Assembly: GCA_964462635.1 (NCBI GenBank)
Contig: CAYWYJ010000002.1
Location: 4,047 to 68,046 of the forward strand
DNA from: an uncultured Planctomycetales bacterium
GTDB taxonomy: Bacteria; Planctomycetota; Phycisphaerae; UBA1845; Fen-1342
DNA length: 64,000 nucleotides
Reading direction: 5' to 3'
The notes under the pieces are model-generated. The model was not told the origin of the DNA, did no database searches, and saw only the letters and a list, made by a program, of their open reading frames with translations. The position numbers and the translations under genes are program-made. Positions 26,487-39,960 of the stretch are shown here, piece after piece (positions within the stretch are counted from its first letter, which is position 1; each line of letters begins with the position of its first letter).

Positions 26487-28028
26487 ATGGTCACAACACG
26501 GATCGCGCATTGCGGATGGGCGTTGTTGGTGCTCGGCCTGTGCGGCGCCGGCGTGTGGGCGCAGGAGGCCGCGAACCCCGCCGGGGCGGATGAGGCGGAC
26601 CGCGTCGCCCGACTGGAGTCGCTCCTGGCCGCCCAGCAGCAGAAGATCGACGCGTTGCGGCAGCAGGCCGCGGCGGCGGCCCAGCAGGACACGGACCGGT
26701 CGCGCGTCGACCAGATGAAGCAGCAGATTCGTGAGGTGCTGAGCGAGCGGGAGTTCCGCGAGAGCCTCATGCCGTCCACCCTCCAGGCGGGGTATGACCA
26801 CGGCTTCTTCATCCGCAGCAGCGACGACAAGTTCTCCATGAAGTTCAACTGGCAGATGCAGTTCCGCTGGACGCACTACGGCACGCGCGGCCAGAACCGC
26901 TACCTGTCCCCCGGCTTCCGCCGGCACGACCGCACCGGCTTCGACATCGTGCGGATGAACTTCGACGTCAGCGGCCACGCGTATGACAAGGACCTGACGT
27001 ACTTCATGGAACTGGGGGCCGCGGCGCCCGGCGGCTACAACGTCGGGCTGAACTACGCCTGGGTGGACTACCGCTTCTCCGACGCCTTCCACTTCCGGGC
27101 CGGGCTGATCCGGGCCAAGAGCACGCGGGCCAACGTGACGTCCAACGCCCTGTACCAGATGGTCGAATCGCCGACCATGGACGCCGTCTTCGGACTCAAC
27201 GATGGCCTCGGCGTCGAGTTCTGGGGCCAGCTCGCCGACAAGAAGGTCGAGTACTTCATCGACGTGCTCAATTCGGTCGACAACCCGGCGACGCGAACGA
27301 TCACGACCGATGAGAACCTCTATGCCGTCGGGCACGACAACAACCCGGCCCTCCTGGCCCGCGTCGTCTGGCACGCGCTGGGCGGCCAGTGCCGTACGCC
27401 CCTGCCCGATGCTCCGGCGCACTTCGCCGACTTCTGTGACATGGCCCACCACATGGAACCGGGGTTGGACCTCGGCTTCCATTACATGTTCAACGAAGAC
27501 TGGCACGACGGCACGCTGCGCATTCCGTACCCGCGCAAGAACGTCTTCCGCGCCGGCGGCTTCGGCCTGGCCAGTTCCGAGGGCCTCCAGATCAACCAGT
27601 TCGGCTTGGACGCGGCGTTCAAGTACCGGGGTTTTTCCGCGACGGGCGAGTACGTCGTCCGCGTGCTCGATGTTCGGGAAGGCAGCCGGCCGCCTTTCAC
27701 GCCGCTGTACCAACTCACTGGTGACGACTCCACCAACGCCCAGCACGGCGCCTACGTGCAGTGCGGCTACTTCCTGCCCATTCCGGGCTGGGAAGACAAG
27801 TTCGAGGTCACGGCCCGCGTGGGCGGCATCTCGACCCTGGCCGGCGGGACGGAAGGCACCTGGGAGTACGCCGGCGGCTTCAATTACTACATCGAGGGCC
27901 ACCGGGTGAAGCTCCAGACCGACCTCGTCAAGATCTCCGAGGTCCCGATTTCCAACCCGACCTGGAGCTTGGCCAACGTGAACGACGACGCGCTGATCTG
28001 GCGCGTGCAGCTCCAGGTCGCGTTCTAA
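26487..28028 (+). CDS. Outer-membrane porin, phosphate-selective porin O/P-like
   Basis: Strong RBS (taaggagg). Signal peptide ...LGLCGAGVWAQE, an N-terminal coiled coil (RLESLLAAQQQKIDALRQQ), beta-rich alternating sequence and the C-terminus WRVQLQVAF. Confidence 0.8.
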   Translation: MVTTRIAHCGWALLVLGLCGAGVWAQEAANPAGADEADRVARLESLLAAQQQKIDALRQQAAAAAQQDTDRSRVDQMKQQIREVLSEREFRESLMPSTLQAGYDHGFFIRSSDDKFSMKFNWQMQFRWTHYGTRGQNRYLSPGFRRHDRTGFDIVRMNFDVSGHAYDKDLTYFMELGAAAPGGYNVGLNYAWVDYRFSDAFHFRAGLIRAKSTRANVTSNALYQMVESPTMDAVFGLNDGLGVEFWGQLADKKVEYFIDVLNSVDNPATRTITTDENLYAVGHDNNPALLARVVWHALGGQCRTPLPDAPAHFADFCDMAHHMEPGLDLGFHYMFNEDWHDGTLRIPYPRKNVFRAGGFGLASSEGLQINQFGLDAAFKYRGFSATGEYVVRVLDVREGSRPPFTPLYQLTGDDSTNAQHGAYVQCGYFLPIPGWEDKFEVTARVGGISTLAGGTEGTWEYAGGFNYYIEGHRVKLQTDLVKISEVPISNPTWSLANVNDDALIWRVQLQVAF

Positions 28029-28053
28029 ATGGGCATTCACGGTTGTGCGACAT

Positions 28054-28106
28054 GGGAGGGCGAGGCTCCTGCCGAGCCGTGGCTCGCCGGGAGGCTCGCC
28101 CTCCCC
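28054..28106. repeat. Family-A GC-rich palindromic element between convergent genes
   Basis: gggagggcgaggctcctgccgagccgtggctcgccgggaggctcgccctcccc is an imperfect palindrome between the porin stop (28028) and the DUF1559 stop (28182). Confidence 0.8.
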
Positions 28107-28181
28107 GCTGGCGCCCCGTGATATGGCCGTCCGTCGGGGCTCACGGCGGTGACCCCGTCACCCGCGGCCGCTGGGCTCTCC

Positions 28182-29150
28182 TCAATAGCCCGCCAGCGGC
28201 ACGATGTGGCGGTACTCGTAGTCCGGGTCGTTCGGATCGTTCCACCACGCCAGCGGGTCGCCGGGGTCATTTCCCGAGGCGCTCTTCCACCCCAGCCCGC
28301 GCGACCCCTGGGTCGTGTCCGTCCGCAGCGACGCCGCATGACCGTCGAGAAACAGCAGGTTGTTCCGCATCCACCCGCGGTGCCAGCCGCGACGTGGGAT
28401 CCGCAGCCACTGGGCCGAGTCGAACGGGTCCTCGTAGATGATGATGAACGTGCTGGCGTGCTTCATCCGCTGCACACGCAGGAACGCGTTGGCCCGCTGG
28501 AGCCACCGCACCGGTTGCTCGTCTTTGAACGCCGCCCGTGCCCAGTTCCGCGCGAAGTGATAATTGCAGTCGTAGCTGTTCCCGCTGAACCAATACAGGT
28601 TCGGCGCGTTGGGGAAATCGCCGCCGTACCACATCCAGAACCCCCCGTCATCCGACGGACACGCGAACACCGGCATGTTCCGCACGATCTCGAACAGCGG
28701 ATCCTCCGGCGGCACGTCGTAGTCCGGCAGGTCGGGGTAGATGTACGGGTTGAACGGCCGGCCGCGCGGCGTGTCGCGGTACGGCGGCTGCACGTAGCCC
28801 CACCACTGGTCCGAACCGGGCGCATCCTGACGACCCGGGTGCCCGCCGTAGTAGAACCCGTGCAGCGACGGATGTACCTCACCGGGGATGACCTCGTTGC
28901 GCTTCTCGAACGGGAACCAGTCGTTCTCGTCGTTGAAGTAAGAGTGCATGGCGATGCTGATCTGCATCAGGTTGGCCAGGCACTTGGTCTGCTTGCCCTG
29001 CTCGCGGGCCTGCCCCAGCGAAGGCAACAGGATCGACATCAGCAGAACGATGATTGCGATGACCACCAGCAACTCGATGAGCGTGAACCCCGCCGCGCGC
29101 GCACAGGCCGGCGTTGCCTCCGCCTCGGGCATCCCTCTTCGTAGAACCAT
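28182..29150 (-). CDS. DUF1559 protein with prepilin-type N-terminal cleavage/methylation domain
   Basis: [41 protein letters not shown]. The start is taken at [11 protein letters not shown]... (29150); 29132 is an alternative. The listed ORF begins at 29297. Confidence 0.85.
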   Translation of the reverse strand: MVLRRGMPEAEATPACARAAGFTLIELLVVIAIIVLLMSILLPSLGQAREQGKQTKCLANLMQISIAMHSYFNDENDWFPFEKRNEVIPGEVHPSLHGFYYGGHPGRQDAPGSDQWWGYVQPPYRDTPRGRPFNPYIYPDLPDYDVPPEDPLFEIVRNMPVFACPSDDGGFWMWYGGDFPNAPNLYWFSGNSYDCNYHFARNWARAAFKDEQPVRWLQRANAFLRVQRMKHASTFIIIYEDPFDSAQWLRIPRRGWHRGWMRNNLLFLDGHAASLRTDTTQGSRGLGWKSASGNDPGDPLAWWNDPNDPDYEYRHIVPLAGY

Positions 29151-29336
29151 GCGGCGCACCCGGCACCAAGCCCCCCGAAACTCACCCGGTTCTATTGTAG
29201 GGAGCCGGGCAACGCCTCTGTCGCCGCCGGGAGCGCCGACCTCAGCGCGCCCGACGATCTGCGGGCGCTGTCTGCGACGGCGGAAACAGGCGGCCACAAC
29301 GTTCCCGTGACCGATTTCGCTCGAATGCGATGGCCC

Positions 29337-29342
29337 TATAAT
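29337..29342 (+). promoter_or_regulatory. Perfect TATAAT hexamer in the long lower-GC divergent intergenic region
   Basis: ggccc-TATAAT-gtgc with TTTCGC/TTCGCT 15-16 nt upstream. Three TAGAAT motifs follow on the same strand at about 29549, 29572 and 29741. Confidence 0.3.
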
Positions 29343-29821
29343 GTGCTCATGGTGGCGTTGCGACGGGGCCGACCTCGGGCGCAGCTTTGCCTTCCGCCAC
29401 GGCGGACGGCGGTCAACACCAGAAAGTACTATAAGACAACGACTTAAGAGACTTCGGAGCGTGCGTTCTCAAGCCGGGCTGCCCGACATGGAACGCTCGT
29501 CCGGTTATCGGAACCGATTACGGTGGTCGTCCCGCGCGCGGCTGAGCCTAGAATCCGTGAGCGGTTTCGGTTTAGAATGGCGGCTATGGACGACGGCCAG
29601 CAAGCAGAACGGTCAAAAAAAACGCTTGCTGCGCCAGAGAAAAGGGTTTATCGTACTAGTAGAGGTCGGCTTGAGATCGAGACGCGGGAGTCGACCGGGC
29701 ACGGATTCGTTCGCCGCTGTGTCATGTCTGCGGCTCGGCTAGAATCATCTCGGGCCCGTTCCGCCTGCGTACTCGGCGCACGCCGTCCAGCCGATAGAAA
29801 AGACTGAGGCGGATTACGCTC

Positions 29822-30730
29822 ATGCGTCCGCACCGCTCAATATCCGCGACGCACCGCCGGGGGCGACGGGGTTTCTCGCTGCCCGAACTCCTGGTCGTGA
29901 TGGGGATCATCGCGCTGCTGCTGGCCGTTTTGCTCCCCCCGTTGCGGGCGGCGCGGGAGCAGGCCATCGCGACCGCGTGCCGCGCCCAACTCCGTGAGTT
30001 GGGGAACTCGCTCCAGAGCACGCTGAACGAATATGGGTTCTATCCCCTGTGGGACGACGGCGGTTCGCCGTACCGCTTTTCGTGGGTCGACGTGCTGCTT
30101 CAGCAGCGGGAGCTGCTGAATCGCAATGTGGCGTACTGCCCGGCCGATCCTCGTCCCGGGTTCATCAACGCGGACCGTGGCCGACACTATCGTGTCTTCT
30201 ATCCGGGGCAGCCCGGCGTGTATGGGATGGACTACAGCTACGGCATCGGGGTGCCGCTCTCGGCCGGCGGCTGGGCTTGGCGCCCGGGCTTCGGCGACGA
30301 CCAGCACCGGCGTTTCCTCCAAGACCACGACCGGTTCCCGGCGCAGCGGGTCCTGGCGGCGGACGCAAACTGGAGCACCATCTTCAACTTGAGCGGCGAC
30401 GTGCTGAAGGATCACCACTGGACCTACCCGACGCAGTACGACAACACCGTCGAATGGCGTCACCCGGGTTTGGCGGCCAACGTGTTCTTCCAGGATAGCC
30501 ACGTCGAGCGATTGGCCTACAACCTGACGGCGGCCGAGCCGATCAACACCGGCCGGGCCTTTCTGTGGTACCCCAACGAGCCCATCCACGTCGGGCCTGA
30601 GGACTTCTACAACGGGAACTTCTACCCCAACGTCCCGCCCGTCGATCCGGTCACGGGCGAAGGTTTCTTCCCGCGTGAGCTGGTTCCCGGCTGGTACACG
30701 GCGAACTCGCTCTGGACCGTCACCAAGTAG
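29822..30730 (+). CDS. DUF1559 protein with prepilin-type N-terminal cleavage/methylation domain
   Basis: RRGFSLPELLVVMGIIALLLAVLLPPLRAAREQAIATACRAQLRELG. Confidence 0.85.
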   Translation: MRPHRSISATHRRGRRGFSLPELLVVMGIIALLLAVLLPPLRAAREQAIATACRAQLRELGNSLQSTLNEYGFYPLWDDGGSPYRFSWVDVLLQQRELLNRNVAYCPADPRPGFINADRGRHYRVFYPGQPGVYGMDYSYGIGVPLSAGGWAWRPGFGDDQHRRFLQDHDRFPAQRVLAADANWSTIFNLSGDVLKDHHWTYPTQYDNTVEWRHPGLAANVFFQDSHVERLAYNLTAAEPINTGRAFLWYPNEPIHVGPEDFYNGNFYPNVPPVDPVTGEGFFPRELVPGWYTANSLWTVTK

Positions 30731-30919
30731 GGGGTTCTTCCACTCCGTCGAGTTTGTCTAGTCCGCGCCGGGTGTGCGCTGTTCATCGTTGGCGCGCGGC
30801 GCAAACTCGCGCGTCGCGGCTGGAATGTCGCCCGCTCGCTGCACACGGTGGCACCGGCGTTTTCGCCTGTGTTTCGGCGGTGTGTGTGCCACTGTTCTTG
30901 AGAAGTGGTCCGGCGCCCA

Positions 30920-30977
30920 ACGGCCGGTGCGGAGCTGGGCCGCTACGGACGGCCGGTGCGGAGCCCGGCCGCTACGG
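30920..30977. repeat. Tandem family-B hairpin repeat (2 x 29 nt)
   Basis: acggccggtgcggagctgggccgctacgg followed by acggccggtgcggagcccggccgctacgg. Each unit has a GGCCGG...CCGGCC stem. Degenerate further copies lie at about 31035-31058 and 10243-10280, and copies in both orientations lie inside valS (36671-36910). Confidence 0.8.
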
Positions 30978-31052
30978 ATGACGAGTACGAAGCCTGGCCG
31001 CCACCGGCCGCCACAGCCTCCCGGCGTTGCGGCTCGGTGCGCCTCTTGGCCG

Positions 31053-32999
31053 CTACGGGTTCGTCAGCAACAGCACGAACGGGTTAATGTCGCCGAAGTT
31101 GACCTGACCATCCTGGTTGATGTCACCGTTCATGATGTTGCAGTTCGGGAACGCCGCCGCATAACCGCCCGGGTTCGTTAGCGCCAACACGAACGGGTTG
31201 ATGTCGCCAAAGTCCACCAGCGTGTCGCAGTTCAGGTCACCGCGCGGCCAGGGGGCCGTGCAGTCCAGCGCCGTCAACCTGACGTCGTCAATGTTCCAGC
31301 CGCAGTAGGTCCAGCCGCTGTCGGTGGTGCCCATCGTCCAGCGGAGGTAGACTGTCGGCTGGTTGTCGGCGATGGCGGCGATGTCGTACTCCGTCGCTTT
31401 CCACTCCGTGTCCGCGGTTTCGCTGTCCGGGTTTGACCAGACATTGGTCCACGTCGTGCCGTTCGTGCTGATCCGCACGTAGGCGTGGTCGTACTGGCTG
31501 CGCTCGACGCCCAGCCACCGCCAGAAGCTCAGCTTCGTGCGGTATGCCCCGGTGCAGTCGATGGCCGTGCTGGTCAGGTGATACTCCGGCATGTTGTTGG
31601 TGTAGTCGCCGTTGAGGTTGTAGCCGTATGCGTTCAGGCCGGTGTAGCCGCTGGTCGGGTCCGGCCCGCCGTACGCCCCGCCGCCGCCGGTCGGCCGGCC
31701 GAAGGCCCAGGCCCCGCCCGAGATGGTCCAGCCGGGGTTCGTGTCGAGGGTGTTCTCGTAGAAGGTGGTGACGCCGTAGGCCGCGGTGGCGGCGTAACTG
31801 GCGTTGGGGGCCTGCGACGGGTCGGTGAAGACCTGCCCGCCGACGGCCTCAGCGCTGAAGTAGTAGCGCACCGCGGTGCCGCACGTAGCCCCGGGCAGAA
31901 CGGCGTCGTAGAGATTGGGGGACACTTCGGACATGGGGACCGCCTGCCAGCCGCCCCCCGTGTTGTAGTGCAGCATCCCCGTGCCGGGTTGCGGGACGGC
32001 CGCGCCGACGCCGGTCACGTCGACGCGGATCGTCGTTCCGCCGGCGGGACTGCAATACTCGGGCAAACCGCCGGGATACTGGAACTTCAGCGTGTTGATG
32101 AGCACCTGCACGGCGGCCGCGTCCACGAGCCAGCCGCAGAGGCTGCGGGTCATCTTGACGGCGAACGGCATGTTGAGATAGCCGGGCGTGTCGTAGCAAT
32201 CGGTCTGCGTGTGATAGTAGGGATTGTTGTACACCTGGTCCTCAATGAGCAGACACGCCTGATAGCCGGCGGCCTCGAACGGGGCGTGGTCGCTGGCATC
32301 GTTCTGCCCGAGGATGTTGGTGGTCAAACCCTGGCCGTACTCGGTGATCGCGGCCGCCAGCGCGTTCTTGATCGGGTTGGATGCCGTACGGCCGTAAAGC
32401 CGGGCCTTGTTGGTGTTCGGGTCGTAGCAAACCATGTCGGCCGAGATCATCCCACGGATGTCCTCGCCGGGGTGCATCTGCACGTACGCCTTGGAGCCGT
32501 AGAGCCCTAGTTCCTCCAGGTCGAACGCAATGTACTTGATGGTGCAATTGGTCTGGTATTGGCTGAGGATGCGCGCGCATTCGAGCACCGCGGCCACGCC
32601 GCTGGCGTTGTCGTCCGCCCCGGGATTGCTCACCGAGTCGTAGTGCCCGCCGATAATGTACACGCGGCTCGGGTAGAGGGTGCCGACCTGCGTGGCGATC
32701 ACGTTGACGCCATTCTTGCCGCTGTAGACGAAGGGTTCCAGTTGGGCTGACAGCCCATAGCTCTGAAACAGGGCCAGAATGTGGTCGCGGGCCGGGTCGT
32801 GCTGGGCCCCGCTCGGGCCGCGGCTGTGCCCTGTCCGCGTGTAGAGCCAGTTGGCCAGGAAATCGTCGTACGACGTTTGGCTCACCTGGTCGGCCGCCGC
32901 CTTGCCCATGTCCGACGCGACGGCGCCGGCGGTCAGACCGCCCGTAACGACTAGAACAGACACAATCAGCCAGAATGTGCGCCTCGTACTCACAGCCAT
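31053..32999 (-). CDS. Secreted M28-family aminopeptidase with MAM-like domain and C-terminal dockerin-like module
   Basis: The start MAVSTRRTFWLIVSVLVV follows RBS AGGAGG. M28 blocks are IIGGHYDSVSNPGADDNASGVAAVLE, AFDLEELGLYGS and ASDHAPF. The C-terminus is DLNCDTLVDFGDINPFVLALTNP...NGDINQDGQVNFGDINPFVLLLTNP. Confidence 0.85.
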   Translation of the reverse strand: MAVSTRRTFWLIVSVLVVTGGLTAGAVASDMGKAAADQVSQTSYDDFLANWLYTRTGHSRGPSGAQHDPARDHILALFQSYGLSAQLEPFVYSGKNGVNVIATQVGTLYPSRVYIIGGHYDSVSNPGADDNASGVAAVLECARILSQYQTNCTIKYIAFDLEELGLYGSKAYVQMHPGEDIRGMISADMVCYDPNTNKARLYGRTASNPIKNALAAAITEYGQGLTTNILGQNDASDHAPFEAAGYQACLLIEDQVYNNPYYHTQTDCYDTPGYLNMPFAVKMTRSLCGWLVDAAAVQVLINTLKFQYPGGLPEYCSPAGGTTIRVDVTGVGAAVPQPGTGMLHYNTGGGWQAVPMSEVSPNLYDAVLPGATCGTAVRYYFSAEAVGGQVFTDPSQAPNASYAATAAYGVTTFYENTLDTNPGWTISGGAWAFGRPTGGGGAYGGPDPTSGYTGLNAYGYNLNGDYTNNMPEYHLTSTAIDCTGAYRTKLSFWRWLGVERSQYDHAYVRISTNGTTWTNVWSNPDSETADTEWKATEYDIAAIADNQPTVYLRWTMGTTDSGWTYCGWNIDDVRLTALDCTAPWPRGDLNCDTLVDFGDINPFVLALTNPGGYAAAFPNCNIMNGDINQDGQVNFGDINPFVLLLTNP

Positions 33000-33157
33000 G
33001 ACCTCCTGCTGTTGTCCGGTAAAACGACGTAAGGCCGCATCAAGCACCCACACCGCGCGCCGACATGCCCGGCGGCGTGCCGACGCGCTCTCTCACGTTC
33101 TGCCTCCCGGGCGGCGGACGCCACGCGGCGCTCGTCCCCGGCGAATCCCCCGTGGCA

Positions 33158-35089
33158 CTACGGGTTGGTCAGTAGTCGGACGAACGGGTTGATGTCACCG
33201 AAATCGACCAGCCCGTCGCCGTTGATGTCTCCGTTCCTGATGTCGCAGTTCGGGAAGGCGAGCACGTAGGCCGTCGGGTTGGTCAGCGCCAGCACGAACG
33301 GGTTGATGTCGCCGAAGTCCACGAGTGTGTCGCAGTTCATGTCTCCGCGCGGCCACGGGGCCGTGCAATCCAGCGCGGTGATCCGCACGTCGTCGATGTT
33401 CCAGCCGCAGTACGTGCGACTGGAGTTGGTGGTGCCCATGGTCCAGCGGAGGTAGACCGTCGGCTGGTTGTCCGCCACCGCGGAGATGTCGAACGTCTGT
33501 TCGATCCAGGCAGTGTCGCCCACAGCGCCCGTCGGGTTCGACCAGACGTTGGTCCACGTGCTTCCGTTGGTGCTGATCCGCACGTAGGCGTGGTCGGATG
33601 CGCTGCCTTGCACACCCAGCCAGCGCCAGAAGTTCAAGCTCGTGCGGAACGCCCCGGTGCAGTCGATCGCCGTGCTGGTCAGGTTGTATTCCGGCATGTT
33701 GTTCGTGTAGTCGCCGTTCAGGTTGTAGCCGTACACGTTCAGCCCGGTATACCCGCTCGTGGGATCGGGGCCGCCGTACGCCCCGCCGCCGCCCGTCGGC
33801 TTGCCGAAGGCCCACAGCCCGCCCGAGATCGACCAGGCGGGGTCGGTGTCGAAGGTGTTCTCGTAGACGGTGGCGATGCCATAGGCGGCGACGGCTGCGT
33901 AGCTGGCGGTCGGGGCTTGCGACGGGTCCGTGAAGACCTGGCCGCCGACGGCCTCGGCGCTGAAGTAGTACCGCACCTCGGTGCCGCACGGGGCCGCGGG
34001 CAAGGCGGCGTCGTACACGTTCGGGGACACTTCCGTCATCGGGACGGCCTGCCAGCCGCCGCCGGTGTTGTAGTGCAGCACCCCCGTGCCGGGCTGCGGG
34101 ACGACCGTGCCGATGCCCGCGACCTCCACGCGGACGGTGGTTCCGCCGGCGGGACGGCAAAACTCCGGCCGGCCCAGGGGGTACTGGAACTCCAGGCCGT
34201 TGATGACCACCTGCACGCCCGCCGCGTCCACGAGCCAGCCGCACAGGCTGCGAGTCATCTTCACGGCGAAGGGGATGTTCAAGTAGCCCGCGGTGTCGTA
34301 GCAGTCGGTCTGGGTGTGATAGTAGGGATTGTCGTCCGCCTCGATCAGCAGGCAGGCCTGGTAGCCCGCCGCTTCAAACGGGGCGTGGTCGCTCGCGTTG
34401 AGCTGGCCGTTGATCGTCACGGCCAGTCCCTGCCCATACTGACCGATGGCCGCCGCGAGGGCCTGCTTGATCGGGTCGGACGCGGTGCGGCCGTAGATGT
34501 CGGCGCGGTTGATGCGGTCGTAACACACCATGTCGGCCGAGATCATCCCGCGGATGTCCTCGCCGGAGTGCATCTGCACGTACGCATAGCTCCCGTACAG
34601 CCCGAGCTCCTCCAGGTCGAACGCCACATACTTGATCGTGCAGTCCGACGGATACTGGCTGAGGATGCGGGCGCACTCGAGCACCGCCGCCACGCCGCTG
34701 GCGTTGTCGTCCGCCCCCGGGTTGCTCACCGAGTCGTAGTGTCCCCCGATCAGGTACACGCGGTTCGGATAGACGGTCCCCGGCTGCACGGCGATCACGT
34801 TGACGCCCTGCCGGCCGGAATACACGAAGGGCTCGAGGTAGGCCGTCAGCCCGTAGCTTTGGAACGAGGCCAGGATGTGGTCCCGGGCCGGGTCGTGCTG
34901 GGCCCCGGTCGGGCCGCGGCTGTGCCCCGTTCGCGTGAACAGCCAATTGGCCAGGAAGTCGTCGTACGACGCCTGGCTCACCTGGTTGGCGGCCGCCTGC
35001 CCCATGTCCGAGGCGACGGCGCCACCGGTCAATGCCCCCGCCACGATGAGAACCGACACGAGCAGCCAGTACGTGTGCCTTGCACTCAC
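33158..35089 (-). CDS. Secreted M28-family aminopeptidase, tandem paralog of 31053..32999
   Basis: Colinear with the neighbour over its full length (roughly four fifths identical by eye) and carries the same dockerin-like tail. The start is taken at GTG 35089 (VSARHTYWLLVSVLIV) with GGAGG 8 nt upstream, matching the paralog N-terminus. ATG at 35137 is an alternative, and the listed 777-aa ORF extension is unlikely. Confidence 0.85.
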   Translation of the reverse strand: MSARHTYWLLVSVLIVAGALTGGAVASDMGQAAANQVSQASYDDFLANWLFTRTGHSRGPTGAQHDPARDHILASFQSYGLTAYLEPFVYSGRQGVNVIAVQPGTVYPNRVYLIGGHYDSVSNPGADDNASGVAAVLECARILSQYPSDCTIKYVAFDLEELGLYGSYAYVQMHSGEDIRGMISADMVCYDRINRADIYGRTASDPIKQALAAAIGQYGQGLAVTINGQLNASDHAPFEAAGYQACLLIEADDNPYYHTQTDCYDTAGYLNIPFAVKMTRSLCGWLVDAAGVQVVINGLEFQYPLGRPEFCRPAGGTTVRVEVAGIGTVVPQPGTGVLHYNTGGGWQAVPMTEVSPNVYDAALPAAPCGTEVRYYFSAEAVGGQVFTDPSQAPTASYAAVAAYGIATVYENTFDTDPAWSISGGLWAFGKPTGGGGAYGGPDPTSGYTGLNVYGYNLNGDYTNNMPEYNLTSTAIDCTGAFRTSLNFWRWLGVQGSASDHAYVRISTNGSTWTNVWSNPTGAVGDTAWIEQTFDISAVADNQPTVYLRWTMGTTNSSRTYCGWNIDDVRITALDCTAPWPRGDMNCDTLVDFGDINPFVLALTNPTAYVLAFPNCDIRNGDINGDGLVDFGDINPFVRLLTNP

Positions 35090-35513
35090 GGCTTGGGCCT
35101 CCAAATGTCCTTTTTGAGCAGGGACGTGGTGTCGCATCACTCGCCAGCGCAACGACGGGACCGGGGGGAACCCCGGCCGATGCAAGGCCGCTTTCCGACC
35201 TCCGCGCGCATTATAGACCCTGAGCATCCCCCGCCGCAACGCAATCTTCTCCCCTTCGCCGCTCCCTCGGAAGCCGGCGACCGACGGCGTAGCCGCCGGT
35301 CGCCGGACCCGCCACCCGAGGGACGGAACGCCCAGCCCCGCACTCGCGTGCGGGGTTCTGATAAGCGTTCCAGGTTGTTGGCCCGCCGGCCACTGCAGGG
35401 ATCCGGGAATATGGGACGCCGCACGGCAGGCCGCTCGCGTGACACTCGCCCGCGGCTGAACGGCTGCGCATGTGCGCCGATGTCCTGGCACACCGGGGCC
35501 GCCGGAGGGTCGT

Positions 35514-39338
<3,825 letters not shown>

Positions 39339-39460
39339 GAAGGCTCCTGGACGCAGCGTCAGCGGGCCGGACCCCGCGAAAACGCTGTTACGCCGCGCGG
39401 CGCCGGGGCGGCGCGCGGGACCCGGACTCATCCGCTTTGTCCCACGACCCGGTTAGGCGG

Positions 39461-39682
39461 TCAAGCCACGAGGCGTTCGGCCACGCCGATGACGGCCCGC
39501 GCGGTGGTGCCGCTCTGGGCCTCCTGGCCGAGCTCGATCAGGGCGCGCAGGATGGCCCCGAATACGCTCGTGGAGACGTTGATGATGCCGTTCTCGACCG
39601 TCGTCCTCAGCGTCGGATCGCAACCCCCCAGGAAGAGGGTCACGCCGCCCGCCGCGACCACCCATCGCCACCATCGGTGCAT
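39461..39682 (-). CDS. Small putative lipoprotein (73 aa)
   Basis: RBS AAGGAG lies 6 nt upstream of the ATG. The N-terminus MHRWWRWVVAAGGVTLFLGGC has a lipobox-like LGGC. The rest is non-repetitive with ordinary composition. No family recognised. Confidence 0.5.
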   Translation of the reverse strand: MHRWWRWVVAAGGVTLFLGGCDPTLRTTVENGIINVSTSVFGAILRALIELGQEAQSGTTARAVIGVAERLVA

Positions 39683-39960
39683 GGTCTGCTCCTTCGAGGC
39701 CGCGTCACCCGTTCATGGTACCGGGTCGCCAGGCGTCCGGCCAGACGCCGCGCGGGAGCGGGCCGCGCCGGGGGAGGGCGACAGAATCGGCGGGCGTGTA
39801 GCGTCGCCCCCCCCGTGGGCGACGTAGGCTGGCGACGTCCGCCCGTGCCCACCGTCGGTCCCGGCGCGCCGGGAGGGCCAACGCGACCTTCCGGCGGGGC
39901 CGGGAGGGGGCGCGATGTTCTCGCATTGACCGTGTACCGCCGGCGTGGTATCGAAGCGCC

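Noticed and set aside
29341-29742. 133-aa ORF in the long DUF1559 divergent spacer
   Set aside because: The sequence is Arg/Ser-rich and not protein-like, with no RBS. The region is better treated as regulatory or possibly a non-coding RNA.
30920-31058. The tandem 29-nt repeats, and the dispersed palindromes generally, as a CRISPR array
   Set aside because: There are only two or three adjacent units with no unique spacers between them. The other copies are scattered singly, some inside genes. No cas genes are present in the window.
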